The notes under the pieces were generated by a model that had not been told where the DNA came from, did no database searches, and saw only the letters and a program-made list of their open reading frames with translations. The position numbers and the translations under genes are program-made. 64,000 bases of DNA from Eledone cirrhosa (taxonomy: Eukaryota). Numbering within the stretch: the first letter of the stretch is position 1; every line of letters starts with the position of its first letter. The stretch is taken from NCBI GenBank assembly GCA_964016885.1, contig OZ024747.1:61876001-61940000 (forward strand). The letters are read 5' to 3'. Below, one piece after another: positions 59,758 through 64,000 of the stretch.

Positions 59758-62700
59758 TGTGCTGGTACAGAGGGTAGCTGTGCTGGTACAGAGGGTAGCT
59801 GTGCTGGTACAGAGGGTAGCTGTGCTGGTATAGAGGGTAGCTGTGCTGGTATAGAGGGTAGCTGTGTTGGTACAGAGGGTAGCTGTGTTGGTACAGAGGG
59901 TAGCTGTGCTGGTATAGAGGGTAGCTGTGCTGGTATAGAGGGTAGCTGTGCTGGTATAGAGGGTAGCTGTGTTGGTACAGAGGGTAGCTGTGTTGGTACA
60001 GAGGGTAGCTGTGTTGGTATAGAGGGTAGCTGTGTTGGTATAGAGGGTAGCTGTGTTGGTATAGAGGGTAGCTGTGCTGGTATAGAGGGTAGCTGTGCTG
60101 GTATAGAGGGTAGCTGTGTTGGTACAGAGGGTAGCTGTGTTGGTATAGAGGGTAGCTGTGCTGGTATAGAGGGTAGCTGTGCTGGTATAGAGGGTAGCTG
60201 TGCTGGTATAGAGGGTAGCTGTGTTGGTATAGAGGGTAGCTGTGTTGGTATAGAGGGTAGCTGTGTTGGTACAGAGGGTAGCTGTGTTGGTATAGAGGGT
60301 AGCTGTGTTGGTATAGAGGGTAGCTGTGTTGGTATAGAGGGTAGCTGTGCTGGTATAGAGGGTAGCTGTGCTGGTACAGAGGGTAGCTGTGTTGGTATAG
60401 AGGGTAGCTGTGTTGGTATAGAGGGTAGCTGTGTTGGTATAGAGGGTAGCTGTGCTGGTATAGAGGGTAGCTGTGCTGGTACAGAGGGTAGCTGTGTTGG
60501 TATAGAGGGTAGCTGTGTTGGTACAGAGGGTAGCTGTGTTGGTACAGAGGGTAGCTGTGTTGGTATAGAGGGTAGCTGTGTTGGTATAGAGGGTAGCTGT
60601 GCTGGTATAGAGGGTAGCTGTGTTGGTACAGAGGGTAGCTGTGTTGGTACAGAGGGTAGCTGTGTTGGTATAGAGGGTAGCTGTGTTGGTATAGAGGGTA
60701 GCTGTGTTGGTATAGAGGGTAGCTGTGCTGGTATAGAGGGTAGCTGTGCTGGTATAGAGGGTAGCTGTGTTGGTACAGAGGGTAGCTGTGTTGGTATAGA
60801 GGGTAGCTGTGCTGGTATAGAGGGTAGCTGTGCTGGTATAGAGGGTAGCTGTGCTGGTATAGAGGGTAGCTGTGTTGGTATAGAGGGTAGCTGTGTTGGT
60901 ATAGAGGGTAGCTGTGCTGGTACAGAGGGTAGCTGTGTTGGTATAGAGGGTAGCTGTGTTGGTATAGAGGGTAGCTGTGTTGGTATAGAGGGTAGCTGTG
61001 CTGGTACAGAGGGTAGCTGTGTTGGTATAGAGGGTAGCTGTGTTGGTACAGAGGGTAGCTGTGTTGGTACAGAGGGTAGCTGTGTTGGTATAGAGGGTAG
61101 CTGTGTTGGTATAGAGGGTAGCTGTGCTGGTATAGAGGGTAGCTGTGCTGGTATAGAGGGTAGCTGTGTTGGTATAGAGGGTAGCTGTGCTGGTATAGAG
61201 GGTAGCTGTGTTGGTACAGAGGGTAGCTGTGTTGGTATAGAGGGTAGCTGTGTTGGTACAGAGGGTAGCTGTGTTGGTATAGAGGGTAGCTGTGTTGGTA
61301 TAGAGGGTAGCTGTGTTGGTATAGAGGGTAGCTGTGTTGGTATAGAGGGTAGCTGTGTTGGTACAGAGGGTAGCTGTGTTGGTATAGAGGGTAGCTGTGT
61401 TGGTATAGAGGGTAGCTGTGTTGGTATAGAGGGTAGCTGTGTTGGTATAGAGGGTAGCTGTGTTGGTACAGAGGGTAGCTGTGTTGGTATAGAGGGTAGC
61501 TGTGTTGGTACAGAGGGTAGCTGTGTTGGTATAGAGGGTAGCTGTGTTGGTATAGAGGGTAGCTGTGTTGGTACAGAGGGTAGCTGTGTTGGTATAGAGG
61601 GTAGCTGTGTTGGTATAGAGGGTAGCTGTGTTGGTACAGAGGGTAGCTGTGTTGGTATAGAGGGTAGCTGTGTTGGTATAGAGGGTAGCTGTGTTGGTAT
61701 AGAGGGTAGCTGTGTTGGTATAGAGGGTAGCTGTGTTGGTACAGAGGGTAGCTGTGTTGGTATAGAGGGTAGCTGTGTTGGTATAGAGGGTAGCTGTGTT
61801 GGTATAGAGGGTAGCTGTGTTGGTATAGAGGGTAGCTGTGTTGGTACAGAGGGTAGCTGTGTTGGTATAGAGGGTAGCTGTGTTGGTATAGAGGGTAGCT
61901 GTGTTGGTATAGAGGGTAGCTGTGTTGGTATAGAGGGTAGCTGTGTTGGTACAGAGGGTAGCTGTGTTGGTATAGAGGGTAGCTGTGTTGGTACAGAGGG
62001 TAGCTGTGTTGGTACAGAGGGTAGCTGTGTTGGTATAGAGGGTAGCTGTGCTGGTATAGAGGGTAGCTGTGTTGGTACAGAGGGTAGCTGTGTTGGTATA
62101 GAGGGTAGCTGTGTTGGTACAGAGGGTAGCTGTGTTGGTACAGAGGGTAGCTGTGTTGGTATAGAGGGTAGCTGTGTTGGTACAGAGGGTAGCTGTGTTG
62201 GTATAGAGGGTAGCTGTGTTGGTATAGAGGGTAGCTGTGTTGGTATAGAGGGTAGCTGTGTTGGTATAGAGGGTAGCTGTGTTGGTATAGAGGGTAGCTG
62301 TGTTGGTATAGAGGGTAGCTGTGTTGGTATAGAGGGTAGCTGTGTTGGTACAGAGGGTAGCTGTGTTGGTATAGAGGGTAGCTGTGTTGGTATAGAGGGT
62401 AGCTGTGCTGGTATAGAGGGTAGCTGTGCTGGTATAGAGGGTAGCTGTGTTGGTATAGAGGGTAGCTGTGTTGGTATAGAGGGTAGCTGTGTTGGTATAG
62501 AGGGTAGCTGTGTTGGTATAGAGGGTAGCTGTGTTGGTATAGAGGGTAGCTGTGCTGGTACAGAGGGTAGCTGTGTTGGTATAGAGGGTAGCTGTGTTGG
62601 TATAGAGGGTAGCTGTGTTGGTATAGAGGGTAGCTGTGTTGGTATAGAGGGTAGCTGTGCTGGTATAGAGGGTAGCTGTGTTGGTATAGAGGGTAGCTGT

Positions 62701-64000
62701 GTTGGTATAGAGGGTAGCTGTGTTGGTATAGAGGGTAGCTGTGTTGGTATAGAGGGTAGCTGTGTTGGTATAGAGGGTAGCTGTGTTGGTATAGAGGGTA
62801 GCTGTGCTGGTACAGAGGGTAGCTGTGTTGGTATAGAGGGTAGCTGTGTTGGTATAGAGGGTAGCTGTGCTGGTATAGAGGGTAGCTGTGCTGGTATAGA
62901 GGGTAGCTGTGCTGGTATAGAGGGTAGCTGTGTTGGTATAGAGGGTAGCTGTGCTGGTACAGAGGGTAGCTGTGTTGGTATAGAGGGTAGCTGTGTTGGT
63001 ATAGAGGGTAGCTGTGTTGGTATAGAGGGTAGCTGTGCTGGTACAGAGGGTAGCTGTGTTGGTATAGAGGGTAGCTGTGTTGGTATAGAGGGTAGCTGTG
63101 TTGGTATAGAGGGTAGCTGTGTTGGTATAGAGGGTAGCTGTGTTGGTATAGAGGGTAGCTGTGTTGGTATAGAGGGTAGCTGTGTTGGTATAGAGGGTAG
63201 CTGTGTTGGTATATAGGGTAGCTGTGTTGGTATAGAGGGTAGCTGTGTTGGTATAGAGGGTAGCTGTGCTGGTATAGAGGGTAGCTGTGTTGGTATAGAG
63301 GGTAGCTGTGTTGGTATAGAGGGTAGCTGTGTTGGTATAGAGGGTAGCTGTGTTGGTATAGAGGGTAGCTGTGTTGGTATAGAGGGTAGCTGTGCTGGTA
63401 TAGAGGGTAGCTGTGTTGGTATAGAGGGTAGCTGTGCTGGTATAGAGGGTAGCTGTGTTGGTATAGAGGGTAGCTGTGTTGGTATAGAGGGTAGCTGTGT
63501 TGGTATAGAGGGTAGCTGTGTTGGTATAGAGGGTAGCTGTGCTGGTATAGAGGGTAGCTGTGTTGGTATAGAGGGTAGCTGTGTTGGTATAGAGGGTAGC
63601 TGTGTTGGTATAGAGGGTAGCTGTGTTGGTATAGAGGGTAGCTGTGTTGGTATAGAGGGTAGCTGTGCTGGTATAGAGGGTAGCTGTGTTGGTATAGAGG
63701 GTAGCTGTGCTGGTATAGAGGGTAGCTGTGTTGGTATAGAGGGTAGCTGTGTTGGTATAGAGGGTAGCTGTGTTGGTATAGAGGGTAGCTGTGTTGGTAT
63801 AGAGGGTAGCTGTGTTGGTATAGAGGGTAGCTGTGCTGGTATAGAGGGTAGCTGTGTTGGTATAGAGGGTAGCTGTGTTGGTATAGAGGGTAGCTGTGTT
63901 GGTATAGAGGGTAGCTGTGTTGGTATAGAGGGTAGCTGTGTTGGTATAGAGGGTAGCTGTGCTGGTATAGAGGGTAGCTGTGCTGGTATAGAGGGTAGCT
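59758..64000. repeat. 21-bp satellite, about 200 units, runs off the window (TGTG[T/C]TGGTA[T/C]AGAGGGTAGC)
   Basis: Highly homogeneous array varying essentially at two positions. Confidence 0.97.

Overview
AT-rich eukaryotic DNA, most likely a coleoid cephalopod such as octopus (inferred from the microsatellite load and repeat families, not proven). The window is mostly intronic sequence of a minus-strand RIC1 gene (RAB6A-GEF partner). Five phase-compatible GT-AG coding exons lie at 54.7, 42.4, 34.2, 20.8 and 19.1 kb. The introns hold an apparently intact Penelope-like retroelement (PLE; RT plus C-terminal GIY-YIG, 9.1-12.9 kb) with truncated, inverted and solo copies. They also hold a near-full-length RTE LINE with a PHD-like finger, a CR1 relic, tRNA-derived SINEs, TTAA- and TA-flanked MITEs, and 21-, 24- and 48-bp tandem arrays. 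The most striking pattern, invisible in the ORF track, is about a dozen short non-coding cassettes of several sequence families inserted into (TA)n tracts, most of them fold-backs. Many carry minimal type I hammerhead ribozymes with a very short, often palindromic stem III, and several carry hammerhead-like folds with non-canonical cores. Nearly all long Y/I/M/C/H/T-rich ORFs are microsatellite artefacts.
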